Below are positions 14,101-26,042 of a DNA stretch of 64,000 nucleotides, in pieces (position 1 is the first letter of the stretch; the number at the start of each line of letters is the position of its first letter). The DNA is taken from contig CM126214.1 of NCBI GenBank assembly GCA_052327205.1, positions 102,300,001-102,364,000 of the forward strand. Direction: 5' to 3'. Origin of the DNA: Somniosus microcephalus (Eukaryota). A model generated the notes under the pieces. The model worked only from the letters and a program-made list of their open reading frames with translations, did no database searches and was not told the origin of the DNA. The translations under genes and the position numbers were made by a program.

Positions 14101-14338
14101 TCTCAGAGGGTCATGATTCTTTGGAATTCTCTACCACAGAGAGCTGTGGAGGCTGAGTCATTGAGTATATTCAAGGCGGAGATAGACAGATTTTTGAAAA
14201 ACAGGGAAATCAAGGGTTATGGGGAACAGACAGGAAAGTGGAGTTGAGGCCAAGATCAGATCAGCCATGATCTTATTGAATGGCGGAGCAGGCTCGAGGG
14301 GCCGAATGGTCTGCTCCTATTTCTTATGTTCTTATGTA
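11130..14338 (+). mobile_element. CR1 LINE split by the 11187-13117 element, itself inside an older CR1 (about 10740-14375)
   Basis: LEFFEDV at 11186 resumes at 13118 ([12 protein letters not shown]); tail at 14338. Confidence 0.85.
11187..13117 (-). mobile_element. Young CR1 LINE with a duplicated 3' UTR module
   Basis: RT ORFs 12381-12938 and 11380-12423 (one frameshift); CATAAGAA tail. Confidence 0.9.
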
Positions 14339-15049
14339 CTGAACCTCAGGAAGGATATATTGGTTTTGGCAGGCTTTGAATCCAGGCCCACAGACTCTTG
14401 AAGCATCACGCACACATGGACTATACCAATAGAAAAGTTTGGATGACGAAACCAAGAGTAAAAATCAATCAGTGAATGCTAGTTAAAGCACAAGGTTGTA
14501 TTGCCTCTCTGAACCAAGAGTAGTTGCAATGCTTGATTACAGCTATTTTCTGATGGCAATAGGATAGGTGGGGCAAGAGAACCTCCAGTGTATCATATCA
14601 TGTAACAGGAAGGGACAATGACAATAACACATATGTTGCTATGGTGCTGGGAAATTACATGACAATAGAAGAGGACAAATCAACCTGTGTATCAAAGTCT
14701 CTGAAAGAGGCCCAAGGAATCCATTGCCATAGTAGTGAGTGTCATCAAACTGTTCAGCCGTGAAGGCAACACAGTCCAACCTTGTCCTCACTAATATTCA
14801 TACACGCAAACGTTTGTCCAGAAGTCGCTCAATAGTTATCAGGAGGGGAAACCCTATGTTTTCCCTCCTTCACACAGGAGCATAGAGATCAGCTAACAGA
14901 GCAGAGATTGAACCTGCAATATTCCTGGCCTATATGTATCATCAGTACACCAGACAGTACATTTAGCAGAGGGAGCAGAGAAACCTGCGCTGCTTTTGTT
15001 AAATAATTGCTATCATAACATTTAGAAAATCTTACTAACAGCTATATTA

Positions 15050-16110
15050 ACTAGTATTCAGAAATGGTTTATATGAGCTAACCAGCAAGGAAATATAAAC
15101 AAACATTCTGTGAATAATTCTTTGCTGCCTGTCCCTGGTCTAAATGCTACTTTCACTCTTATTTTGGATTCGCATAACTTCTATGAATCCTCCTACCCAT
15201 CCTTTGGCATTTCTGTCTTACTTTGCTAATCATAGCTTGAAGTAATCTTGGTTAAGAACTTCCCTTCATATTCTATTCTATTTTGTTCGACAATTATGAC
15301 AGACATTAGGTTTCATTTCCTTGAGATCTGTAAGATCTTCTGCTCCCTGGACCCCAATAAGATCTCTTGTCCTGCTAGAATCATTCCACTGTCCCTACAC
15401 CTATGCTGTACCACTACTTCAATCTCTCTTGTTTCAAGTCTCTCCTTACTGGCAGTTTGATCATATTCACCATATCGGAAAAAAGATCATTAACTTTTCA
15501 AACTACCTCCTAGTGCCCTGTACTTGCTAAAGTTTTTTTTGAGGCTGCCGTAATGCTGTTACCTCCCAAATTGCCCATCATTTAAAAAACCTGGCCTGAT
15601 CCAGGACAGTTTTAGCATGGTCTTTCTACTGCTGATCCGCACCTCAGAAACTCTACTCTCAAGCTCTTTAGTGAATCGGTCATTGTCTTTGACGTGCCTT
15701 GACAGTGTGGCATGTGCATTTCTAAACAAATCATCATACAGCCTCCTAACAAGGCTTTGTTTATGAATGTCTTGATTTCTCTCAAATTCATCAATGTGCT
15801 ATGTTTGATGGTTTATCAGACTCTTTTCCCATTAACTCAGAAGTTTATCAGGATGCTGTTGTATAACTCTGCTCCTTCTTCATAGCAATGATATCATACC
15901 TAACAACACACCCTATCCTACATCTAAATCAGGATAATGTGTGACTCTTTTACTGATGCTTAAATGGCCATTGCACTGAGTAATTCCATTTACTGAAACA
16001 CTGCAATGGCTGCACCCTTCATTAAATGGGCAGAGACAGTGACTGCATTTTGCTGGAGACTGGTCAGTTAATGCTGCATCCAAATGGATTCCCCAAGGAT
16101 TTACAGTTTC
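15050..16110 (+). mobile_element. Highly decayed CR1/Zenon-like RT remnant
   Basis: Remnants resembling LDPNK..G....P..L and FD.VWH. Boundaries approximate. Confidence 0.4.
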
Positions 16111-16734
16111 CCACACTGTAACTTTTATCGAATTTCATGTTGCAGCTTCGCACAGATCATTAGCAATCTCAGCTTTACTTACAAGGGAAGTCTCAATTGC
16201 TTTTAATCCCAGGCCAAGGGATTTATTTTACCGAGCCAGTGTACCTGCCCAGTGCACTGTGGAATTGCTATTTTTCCAGTCAGTGTTTTGAAAAGACTTT
16301 GGTCAACCTTTTTTGACTTGGTGTGCAAAAACTCTCATCACCTGCAACCACAAGATGGCTTTGTTCCGAAGAGGTTATCTTGGGCTTTTAAGTACTTTCT
16401 CGGCAACACGTAGAGTTGAAAACTAAGTTTCTTATAGTACTATTGTTATTGTAGAGATCTGTAAGTCTATGCTAAGACACTGCACAGTTCATTTTACAAT
16501 GCAATCTTCCTACTCTCAACTGATTAAATTGTACTATTTAGCCAATCCAGTCAGCCAACACACAGCTAAAAGCAGAGATCAATACCTTGGATGTGAAGTA
16601 CTTAATGTGTTCCAGACAGCTAGTTTCCAATTTCAGTAATGGATTTCCTGTTAACTCTGCATCATATTAATGCCTTCCCATAGCACTCTGAAGAGGTCCA
16701 TTAACTTAACTTCAAAAGCTGCAAACATGATATT

Positions 16735-17450
16735 TTATTATTTGTTCTCAGGATGTGGGTTACGCTGGCAAGGCTGCATTCATTGCCCATCCCTAGTTGC
16801 CCTGAGATGGTGGTGGTGGGTCTTCTCCTTGAACAGCTGCAGTCCTTGTAGCGATTGTGCTCCCATGATTGTATTAGGCATAAAATTCTAGGATCTTTAC
16901 TCAGCGACAATGAAGGAATGTCGATATATGTCTAAGCAGGTTAGTGTGTGACTTGGAGGGGATGTTCCTATGACATTGCTGCTCCTGTCTTTCTCACTGG
17001 TGGAGGTTGCAGGGGAGGGTGGTGCTGTTCAAGTAACCTTGGTGAATATAGCTGCAGTGCATCCAGTAGATTGTACATACTGTAGCCACAGTCTGCTTGT
17101 GATGAATGGCTATTAAGCGCTTTCTTTAGCTGCAAAGCGCTTTGAGACGTCCTGAAGTCGTGAAAGGTGCTATATAATTGCAGGTCTTGCTTTCTTTAAG
17201 CCCAGTGAAAGAAGCGCCAATCAAACAGACCGCTTTGTTCTAGACAGTGTTGAGATTCTTCGGTATTGTTGAAACTGCACTCATCCAGGTGAGTTTTGCA
17301 TCACACTTTCTGACTCGAGCCTTGTAGGTGATGGGAGAGGCTTTGAGGGGTCAGGAGATGAGCCACTCATCGCAGAGTACCCAGCCTCTGCCCTGTTCTT
17401 GCAGTCACTGTGTTGATATGGTTGGTCCAGTTATGCTTCTGGTCAGTGAC
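16735..17450 (-). mobile_element. Diverged 3' fragment of the CR1/Zenon-like LINE, interrupted by a SINE tail (about 17110-17197)
   Basis: Similar to 2335-2895. Confidence 0.7.
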
Positions 17451-17454
17451 AGGT

Positions 17455-18830
17455 CGAGGAAGGATCTTCAGATGAAGAGAAGGATTTTAAATTGGACATG
17501 TTGTGGACTGGGACCCAGTGCAGATCAGAGAGAACAAACAGAATGCAGTGCAAGACAGGAAAAGGGGAGCATTTTTGTCTGAGTGTATGAAGCGTGAAGA
17601 ATAGGATGCCAGCAAAAAGAGCACTGAAGTAGTCAAGTCTGAAGGCATGGATAAAGGTTTCAGGGGCAAAGGTACGGAGATAGGGAAGGGGTTGGCGATA
17701 TTGCAGAGGTGGAGAAAACAGATGGGATGCGAGTTTAATGCGAAGCTCAGTAGAAACAGAACACTTAATTTGTTACTGGTCCGATTCAGCTTGAGTGAGT
17801 AACTGGGGGTGAAGGATGGAGTCAGTGGCAAGGGAGCAGAGTTTGCGACAGGACCAAAGAAGATGGCTTCAGTCTTCTCGATGTTGAGCTGGAGGAACTT
17901 GAAACTCATCCACAATTGGATGTTGGACAAGGAATGTGACAGTGTAGAGGCAGTCAAGGAGTTGAGATAAATGGTGGGGACGTAGAGCTGACTCTATGCC
18001 TGCCACGCAACCATGCAAAGGCAGTCCCATGGTGCCAAATGATGGAAAGGAGGCATTGGAAGAAGATGGTATTGTCAACTGTATTAAGTACTGCAGAAAT
18101 AATGAGGAGGACAAGAGGAGATACTGCACTACACTATGGTCATAATCACAGAGGATGTAATTTGTGACTTTAGTGGAGGCTATTTTGGTGCTATGAGAAG
18201 GATGCAAGACACGAGGGTTTTTGAACAGAGAGTTATGGATGAGATGGGCACACAGCTGGGAGTCAACAACATGTTCATGAACTTGAGAAAAATAGAACAC
18301 TGGATAACGGGGTGTAGTTGAAGAGGACTCATGGGTTGAGGGTGGGCTTTTCAGGAGGAGTGTGATGATGCTGGTTTGTAAGGGAGTGGGGTGATGCCCT
18401 TGGAAAGGGAAACACCAAACATGTCAACTAGAATGGAGACCAGCTAGGATAATTGAGTGGTTAAGCATTGGGTCAGCAAAAAATCGAGGAAGAATCAGGT
18501 GGGTCTCAAGATGAAATGACCTTGTAAAGTGTGGAGAGCAAGAGATGGGGATAATCTTAAAAATACAAGTTCAGAGCGAGACTGGGAAAACATTGGGAAC
18601 TGGGAGGAGGCAAGAAAGTGGTCTGGATCTTAGAAACAAAGAAATCCACAAGCACGCATTTGGTGTTTGAAGGCCAGAGGAAGAGGGAGAGGATTTAAGG
18701 AGGCAGTTAGTCATGAGGAAAAACAAGAGCCTAGGATTGGCCTTGCCTTCCAGGATGATCCTGGAGCAGTTGACGATTTTGGCTGAAGAGAACAATGTAT
18801 TGCACGATTCAACATGGTTGAGCATAAATT
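17455..18830 (-). mobile_element. Decayed L2 LINE
   Basis: WMS..FLQLN..KTEAI.FG and HST..A..KVTN.IL remnants. Boundaries approximate. Confidence 0.65.
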
Positions 18831-18879
18831 TTTCAGTCAGTCATTCATAAAAGACCACATTCTAGATTATATACACCCT

Positions 18880-20047
18880 CATAGAGTTTAGAGAGTCATA
18901 GAGTTTTACAGCACAGAAAGAGGCCCTTCGGCCCATCGTGTCTGCGCCGCCCATCCATCCCTGTCCAGTCTAATCCCATTTTCCAGCATTTGGTCCATAG
19001 CCTTGTATGCAATGGCATTTCAAGTGCTCATCCAAATGCTTCTTGAATGTTGTGAGGGTTCCTGCCTCTACCACCCTTTCAGGCATTGAGTTCCACATTC
19101 CAACCACCCTCTGGGTGAAAAAGTTCCTCCTCAAATCCCCTCTAAATCTCCTGCCTCTTACCCTGAATCTATGCCCCCTTGTTATTGACCCCCCTACTAA
19201 GGGGAAAAGTTCCTCTTTGTCTACCCTATCTATGCCCCTCATCATTTTGTACACCTCAATCAGGTCCCCCCTCAGCCTTCTTTGCTCCAAGGAAAACAAC
19301 CCCAGCCTGTTTAGTCTTTCTTCATAGCTGAGGCGCTCCATCCCAGGTAACATCCTGGTGAATCTTCTCTGCACCCTCTCCAAGGCAATCACATCCTTCC
19401 TATAGTGAGGCGACCAGAACTACACACAGTACTCCAGCTGTGGCCTCACCAGCGTTTTGTACAGCTCCATCATAACCTCCCTGCTCTTATATTCTATGCC
19501 TCGGCTAATGAAGGCAAGTATCCCATATGCCTTTTTAACCACCTTATCTACCTGTTCCGCTGCCTTCAGGGATCTATGTACATGTACACCAAGGTCCCTC
19601 TGACCCTCTGTACTTCCTCGGGTCCTACCACTCATTGTGTATTCCCTTGCCTTATTTGTCCATCCAAAATGCATCACCTCGCACTTTTCAGGGTTAAATT
19701 CCATTTGCCACTTCTCCGCCCATCTGACCAACCCGTTTATATCGTCCTGTAGCCTGAGGCTTTCCTCCTCGCAATTTACCACCCCACCAATTTTCGTGTC
19801 ATCTGCGAACTTACTGATCATACCTTTCACATTCTCATCCAAATCATTTATGTAGATCACAAACAACAAGGGACCCAGCACCGATCCCTGAGGTACCCCA
19901 CTGGACACAGGCTTCCAGTCACAAAAGCAACCTTCGACCATCACCCTCTGCCTCCTGCCACTCAGCCAGTTTAGGATCCAACTCGCCAAGGCACCCTGGA
20001 TCCCATGGGCTCTTACCTTCTTGACCAGTCTCCTATGCGGGACTTTC
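18880..20047 (-). mobile_element. CR1 LINE, 5'-truncated
   Basis: RT ORFs 18970-19392 and 19420-19989. Confidence 0.9.
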
Positions 20048-20180
20048 TGAACTGCCCATCTAAAAGCAAAGAGCTCACAACTTAGTTTTCAAAACTGAAG
20101 CAATCCAGAGATACCGCTACCACCACCTACTTTATCTCTTCTCAGGATCATCAAACTAATCTCTTCCACGATGTCGCAAC

Positions 20181-20471
20181 TGTAACGATCAATAACATGT
20201 CATTCTATAGTGGACACTAGGTGGAGCCGTAGAGCTGTATATAGCTGTATGTATAAGACTACACTACCCAGCTGTATATACATTAAGACTACATTACCCA
20301 TGAGGCACTAGGCTACCCACAAGGCAACAGTCAAGATGGCAGCCTGCACACAGGAGCACACATGCTGCATCTCTACAGATACTGTACCTAGAGAACGTGT
20401 ACTGAATAAATGACTAGCTAGAAGCTAGCTGTGTTCATAATAAGAATGTCTAGTTATTAATGAACATAACA
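20181..20471 (+). mobile_element. Solo LTR (291 bp)
   Basis: TGTAAC...ATAACA with TSD GCAAC/CCAAC (one mismatch), AATAAA, and ACTACA.TACCCA motifs. Confidence 0.65.
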
Positions 20472-21617
20472 CCAACTATTTGGACTCTCAACCTTCGAAA
20501 AACATCCCATTCTTAGCCCCATGCTCACAGACACCGTCAACCTCTGACAGGGTTCCCCAGCTCGTTTCAAAACCACCATCATCACTTTCCCTTGATTCAG
20601 GCACCTTTTCCTCAGAAATTCTTTCCGTAAGCGAATGCATCTTGCTACCACCCTGTCTTAAAAACCTCTTTAGGGCCTGTGCCTCTGATGTTTTGGGCTT
20701 TTTTCCCTTCCACAAAATTTCTCTCCTTGTTCTACTCAGTGACAACTTCACTATCTTGTTAAGTGCTTGAAGATTTTATTTTTTTTACTTAAGGAATGTT
20801 TTATATAGATATAATAAATTGACGTAATGATTGAACAGGTTCACTTTCTAGGTTATGCAGACATGGATCTGCTCTGCCAGCAATATTTGGTGCTAGATTT
20901 TAACCCTTGGTCATGTAATAGTAAAGTATAAACACTTTTACTGTACTTTAGGACTACAGTACACTTTAGTAGTAGGTTTAAAAAGAAACTCACCTTCAGG
21001 GCTACTTTTTAAAAATATAGTTCCTAATGCAACAATTTTTTTTAAATTGTTAAGTGTTTCCTATGGTATCCTTTTGTTGAAATTATGAGCTTCAGCATCA
21101 GAGGATACCTACTTGGAGAAGCTACTGAGCATGTTTGCGAGAGGGGATTGAAAGAACAGTGAATGACCATTAACCAAGGATACTTCAGAGATTATTCTTA
21201 CAAGTGTGTATATATTAATTCAGCTCCTCCATGCCACTAACACAAACCCCTCCATACAGGCTACATTCCCCCAGATTTCCTCCTCAGTGTTTTAATAAAA
21301 TATTCAAAAAAAAGGGTGAATTTATTTTTAAGATATCGAGTTGGGCAGCATTTAAATTTCTGAATGGCTAGGGTTCCTTTCCCCCTCCTGATTGATATCA
21401 GAGGTTCCTGCTGGAAAGTGGATGTGTGCACATGGGACCACAACAGGATCAGGCTTAGCTGTGACTCTTCCATGGTCTGCCAACCTACTGTATAGATTCA
21501 CAAACAAAGTGTGGCCACTTGGACGAGGTACTAGATGGCAACTAGTGTCCGTGAACCCATATCCCTGGAGTCAGTACCTTCAGGTTTAAAAAAAAAGGGG
21601 AGAAAAATGCCAATAAT

Positions 21618-22790
21618 GTTTCTGAAGAAAACTGCCGCACACAATTGCAGGAGTGTCACCATAATATCTTTCAAAATATCTGTGGGAAAGCAAAATAGTG
21701 ATGGGCATGTTATCCACACCAGCAGGTTTGTGAAAACACATCATCATATATGGGGAGAGGTGGCCAGGGCCAACTGAAAGGGATGTGTCAGATTCATGTA
21801 ACTATTTAGACAAATTCAACACCAATATTCATTTGTAAACAGCAGTAATGGAAGGCTGTGTGAAAAGTTCAACAGATTTTTGTTTTTCAAACTCAAAGAT
21901 GTATGTAGTCAAGCATGAAAGTGAGTATGTTGGGGGGCCAGTATTGATGTACTGTTTCTGAAGAAAACTGCCACACCCAACTACAAGAGTGTCACCATAT
22001 TGGCCCAGAAATTCGGGTCTCCGCGGGTGAGTACGCACGGGGTACTCACCCGTACACCCAATGGAAGTGCCGGTTTCCTGCATGCGCGGGAAACCGGCAC
22101 TTCCGTTCCCCTGAAAGGAGGGGTTAAGAGGTCGAACGCGTGCGCAGGAGAGGCTGCGCGTGTGCATCGAACTTCGGTCTTTTTTTTTTTAAATACAGGT
22201 TTTCCCGGGAAGGTAAGTCTCCAGAAGTTAGAAATGTAAAAAGGCAAGGTAAGTGGTGAATTAATTAAAATTAAAACATTTTTTCCACAGGTTTATTATT
22301 TTTAAATACTTTTTTAGCCACGTTAGAAAATTTAAAAAAAATTTAAAAAATTTAAATTATTGTTTAAAATAGTTATTTCATGTAATTTATAGTTTATTTT
22401 AAAAATGTGATTAAAAAAAAAAATTTATTTGAAGATTTAGTGATGTTTTGGGGCCGTAGTATTTAGAAGTCTTGACAGCACTTCCTGTCAGACTTATGAA
22501 TGGAGCATTCCCTGCTCTGATTGGCTCCCCATGGCCCACATCGAACTAACTGCGCCCCTGGGATACGCAAGCACTGCACGCCGGCAGCTGGACCAGGCCC
22601 CGGATCGGAATTCCACGGGGGCCCACAGCTCAACGGCCGGCGCGCAAGGTAAGTGCAGATCGGGGGCTTGCACCCGCGGGAAGCCCCCGACCCGAATTTC
22701 TGGGCCAATATCTGTGGGAAAGCAAGATAGTGACGGGCATGTTATCCATACCAGCAAGTTTGTGAAACCACATCATCATATATATGGGGA
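21618..22790 (+). repeat. Dispersed direct duplication of about 140 bp (21618-21757 and 21953-22001 + 22707-22790)
   Basis: Direct sequence similarity. The second copy is split by the 22002 MITE. Confidence 0.85.
22002..22706. mobile_element. PIF/Harbinger-like MITE
   Basis: Perfect 18-bp TIR GGCCCAGAAATTCGGGTC, flanks ATT/AAT, AT-rich core and internal hairpins. Confidence 0.75.
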
Positions 22791-22899
22791 TATATATTAA
22801 TTCCCTTACATCAGAACCTCAAGATTGGGACCAGATTTGATGCTGCTCAGACGGATATACTTTCCAAAGCACAAACCGGTAGAATTTATAACGTTAAGT

Positions 22900-23356
22900 T
22901 CTCCAGGATTGGAGAATTTTAGCTGTGAGTAAAGATTGTATAGGCTGGGGTTTGCTTTCCTTGGAACCGCGGAGGCTGAGGGGAGATTTAATTGAGGTGT
23001 ATAAAATTATGATAGAGTGGATAGGAAGGTCATACTACCCTTAGCAGAAATGTCAATAACCAGGGGGCATAGATTTAAAGTAATTGGTGAAAGGATTAGA
23101 GGGGAGTTGAGGAGAACTTTTTTCACCTAGAGGATGGTGGGGGTCTGGAACTCACTGCCTGAAAGGGTGGTAGAGGCAGAAACCCTCACCGCATTTAAAA
23201 AGTACTTGGATATGCACTTGAAGTGCCATAACCTACAGGGCTACGGACCAAGAGCTAATGAAAGTGGGATTAGGCTGGATAGCTATTTTTCAGCCGACAC
23301 TGACACGATGGGCTGAATGGCCTCCTTCTGTGCCATAAATGTCTATGATTCTATGA
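22900..23356 (+). mobile_element. CR1 3' fragment
   Basis: VWNSLPERVVEAE and a ctatgattctatg tail. Confidence 0.85.
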
Positions 23357-23514
23357 TATGATTATCATTCTGCCTTGGCAAGGCTGACCAGTGCTGTGAA
23401 AGTCACTGAATTATATTTACTGTAATTTCCTGCCAGTACAAATATTGCATAGAAAACATCACTTCGCCTCAACTTAGGAGTTCAGTATACAGTTCGAGAA
23501 AAAATGCAACGTCA

Positions 23515-23773
23515 GGATAAGGGAGTCAACAATTTAGAACTGAGATGAGAGAAATGTCTTCACTCAGAGGATTATGAATCTTTGGAATTCTCTACCCCAG
23601 AGGGCTGTGGATGCTCAGTCGATGAGTATATTCAAAACTGAGATTGATAGATTTTTGGACACTAAGTGAATCAAGGGATATGGGGATAGGGTAGAAGATC
23701 AGCCATGATCTTATTGTATGGCAGAGGAGGCTCGAGGGGCCATATGGCCTACTCCTGCTCCTATTTCTTATGT
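23515..23773 (+). mobile_element. CR1 3' fragment
   Basis: Similar to 14060-14338. Confidence 0.8.
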
Positions 23774-24987
23774 CAAATTATTTCCCGTCAGAACAAAGGC
23801 TATACATTCTAATCCCTAGTCAATGCGCATTAGTCTTTCCTGTGCTTGAAAAATTAAACACTCTCTTCTCCATGCAAAACATAATCCTTGTCACAAGAGG
23901 AACTTATCCACGGCGACTGACCATCCTGTTCTTTTTTCTAAAGTGAGGCCTTTAGCAGGACAAAGCTACAATCTGAAATATTTTTTCAGCAAACACTGCT
24001 GATGCACTCTTCTTAAGTTAGCTTCACTTCATCTACGCACATTCAATATGGCATACTCTGCATGGATGGTTAGAATGGATAGTTCGCTGGCTTCAAGACA
24101 GAAAGCAGAGAGTAGGGGTAAAGGGTAGCTATTCAGAGTGGCAGAGGGTGGGAAGTGGTGTTCCACAAGGATCAGTGCTGGGACCACTGTTGTTCACAAT
24201 TTATATTAACAATTTAGACTTTGGAATCAGAAACACAATTTCTAAATTTGCAGATGACACCAAATTGGTGGGGATAGTTAATACTGAGGAGGACTGCAAC
24301 AAATTTCGAGGCATCAATGAGATCATGGCGGATCATCCAAATTCAGTACCCTGTCCCTGCCTTCTCAACAAAGGTTAACAAGGCCATAAAAAAAGCAAAC
24401 CAAGCATTAGGGTTTATGTCTAGAGGGACAGAATTGAAAAGTAGTGAAGTTATGCTAAACTTGTATCGGACCTTGGTCAGACCACAATTGGAGTACTGTG
24501 TACAATTTTGGTCGCCATATTAAAAAAAGGATGTAGAGGCACTGGAGAGGGTGCAGAGAAGATTTACAAGAATGATACCAGAAATGCGAGGGTACACCTA
24601 CCAGGAAAGGATGAACAAGCTGGGTCTCTTTTCTCTTGAAAAGAGAAGGCTGAGGGGTGACCTAATAGAGTTCTTTAAAATCATGAAAGGTTTTGATAAG
24701 TAGATAGAGAGAGAGTGGTTCCACTTGTGGGGAAGAGCAAAACTGGAGCCCATCAATGTAAGATAGTCACCAAGAAATCAAATAGAGAATTCAGAAGAAA
24801 CTTCTTTACCCAGAGAGTGGTGAGAATGTGGAACTCGCTACCACAGGGAGTAGTTGAAGCGAATAGTATAAATGCATTTAAGGGGTGGTTAGCTAAGCAT
24901 ATGGTGTGGAGATGCCGGAGTTGGACTGGGGTGGACAAATGTAAGAAATCACAACACCAGGTTATAGTCCAACAGCTTTATTTGAAA

Positions 24988-25024
24988 TCACAAGCTTTCG
25001 GAGCGCTGCTCCTTCTTCAGGTGA
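24988..25024 (-). ncRNA. Minimal hammerhead ribozyme motif, mirror copy
   Basis: Exact reverse complement of 25049-25085. Confidence 0.7.
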
Positions 25025-25048
25025 AGTGGAGAAATGCATTTCTCCACT

Positions 25049-25085
25049 TCACCTGAAGAAGGAGCAGCGCTCCGAAAGCTTGTGA
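25049..25085 (+). ncRNA. Minimal type I hammerhead ribozyme motif (PLE type)
   Basis: TCAC-CTGAAGA-A-GGAGC-agc-GCTCC-GAAA-GCTT-GTGA: core CUGAnGA/GAAA, stems I and II, palindromic AGCT stem III. Confidence 0.7.
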
Positions 25086-25449
25086 TTTCAAATAAAGCTG
25101 TTGGACGATAACCTGGTGTTGTGTGACTTCTTACAGCTAAGCATATGAGGGAGAAGGGAATAGAGGGTTATACTGATAGTTAGATGAGGAAAGACAGGGG
25201 GAGGCTCGAGTTGAGCATAAACACTGGCATGGACTGGTTGGGTTGAATGGCCTGTTTCTGTGCTGTACATTCTATGTAATCTTATGTTTAACAGTTAAGC
25301 CTGTACATTGCGTGAGTGATCCTTCCTTCAATAATTGTTTGGGTTTCTTTGGCTGCTATTTAAGGTCCTATGAAAAGGGCAAAACTAAACATTCCAAACT
25401 GTACATACTTGGTAAGATTAGTGTTACAGATGGTTCTATTTTGGTAGTA

Positions 25450-26042
25450 CAGGTAGACTACCCCTTATCCGGACTTCCAAAAACCGAAACCCTCTAAAAA
25501 CCGAAGGTTTTTTCGGTCAGCGTAAGTCCAGCATAAGTCGTGCGCACGACCCACGCCGGCCCCCCCGTGGACCCCCGCCGGCCCCGACCCCCGCCGACTT
25601 ACGCTGAGCGTCAGCGTAAGTCGTGCGCACGACCCCCGCCGGCCCCGACCCCCTACGCTGAGCGTCAGCGTAAGTCGTGCGCACGACCCCCCGCCGACCC
25701 CCCCCCCCGCGGACCCCCGCCGGCCCCAACCCCCGCCGACTTACGCTGAGCGTCAGCGCAAGTCGTGCGCACGACCCCCCCGCGGACCCCCGCCGACTTA
25801 CGCTGAGCGTCAGCGTAAGTCGTGCGCACGACCCCCCGCCGGCCCCGACCCCCGCCCGTAAGTCCGCGGGGGGGGGGGGGGGGTCGGTGGGGGTCCGCGG
25901 GGGTCCGGGCGGGGGGTCGTGCGCACGACCCTCCGCCGACCCCCCCGCGGACCCCTGCCGACCCACCTTCCGAAATCCGAAATTCTCCGAAAACCGAAAC
26001 ACGGCTGGTCCCGAGGTTTTCGGATAAAGGATAGTCTACCTG
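25450..26042. mobile_element. Tc1/mariner (Tigger/pogo-like) MITE with internal palindrome array, long copy
   Basis: TA TSDs and 22-bp terminal inverted repeats (TIRs) CAGGTAGACTAYCYTTATCCG-like. Six copies of GTCGTGCGCACGAC inside. Confidence 0.85.

Larger units (their letters stand above)
24904..25134. mobile_element. Penelope-like element: inverted pseudo-LTR pair plus tail, inserted in a CR1
   Basis: 13-bp TSD AGCTAAGCATATG (24891-24903 / 25135-25147). Near-perfect palindrome 24940-25135 centred at 25036/25037. Confidence 0.85.
24070..25280 (+). mobile_element. CR1 LINE fragment hosting the Penelope palindrome
   Basis: [17 protein letters not shown] and LVRPQLEYCVQFW. Confidence 0.9.

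Noticed and set aside
20488-20751. 87-aa minus-strand ORF as a candidate RTF2 or other exon
   Set aside because: No recognisable similarity and no convincing splice sites.
25517-25960. CRISPR-like repeat/spacer appearance and overlapping Pro/Gly/Arg-rich ORFs
   Set aside because: The spacers are related low-complexity C-runs, the array sits between TIRs with TA TSDs, there are no cas genes and the context is vertebrate. The ORFs are GC artefacts.
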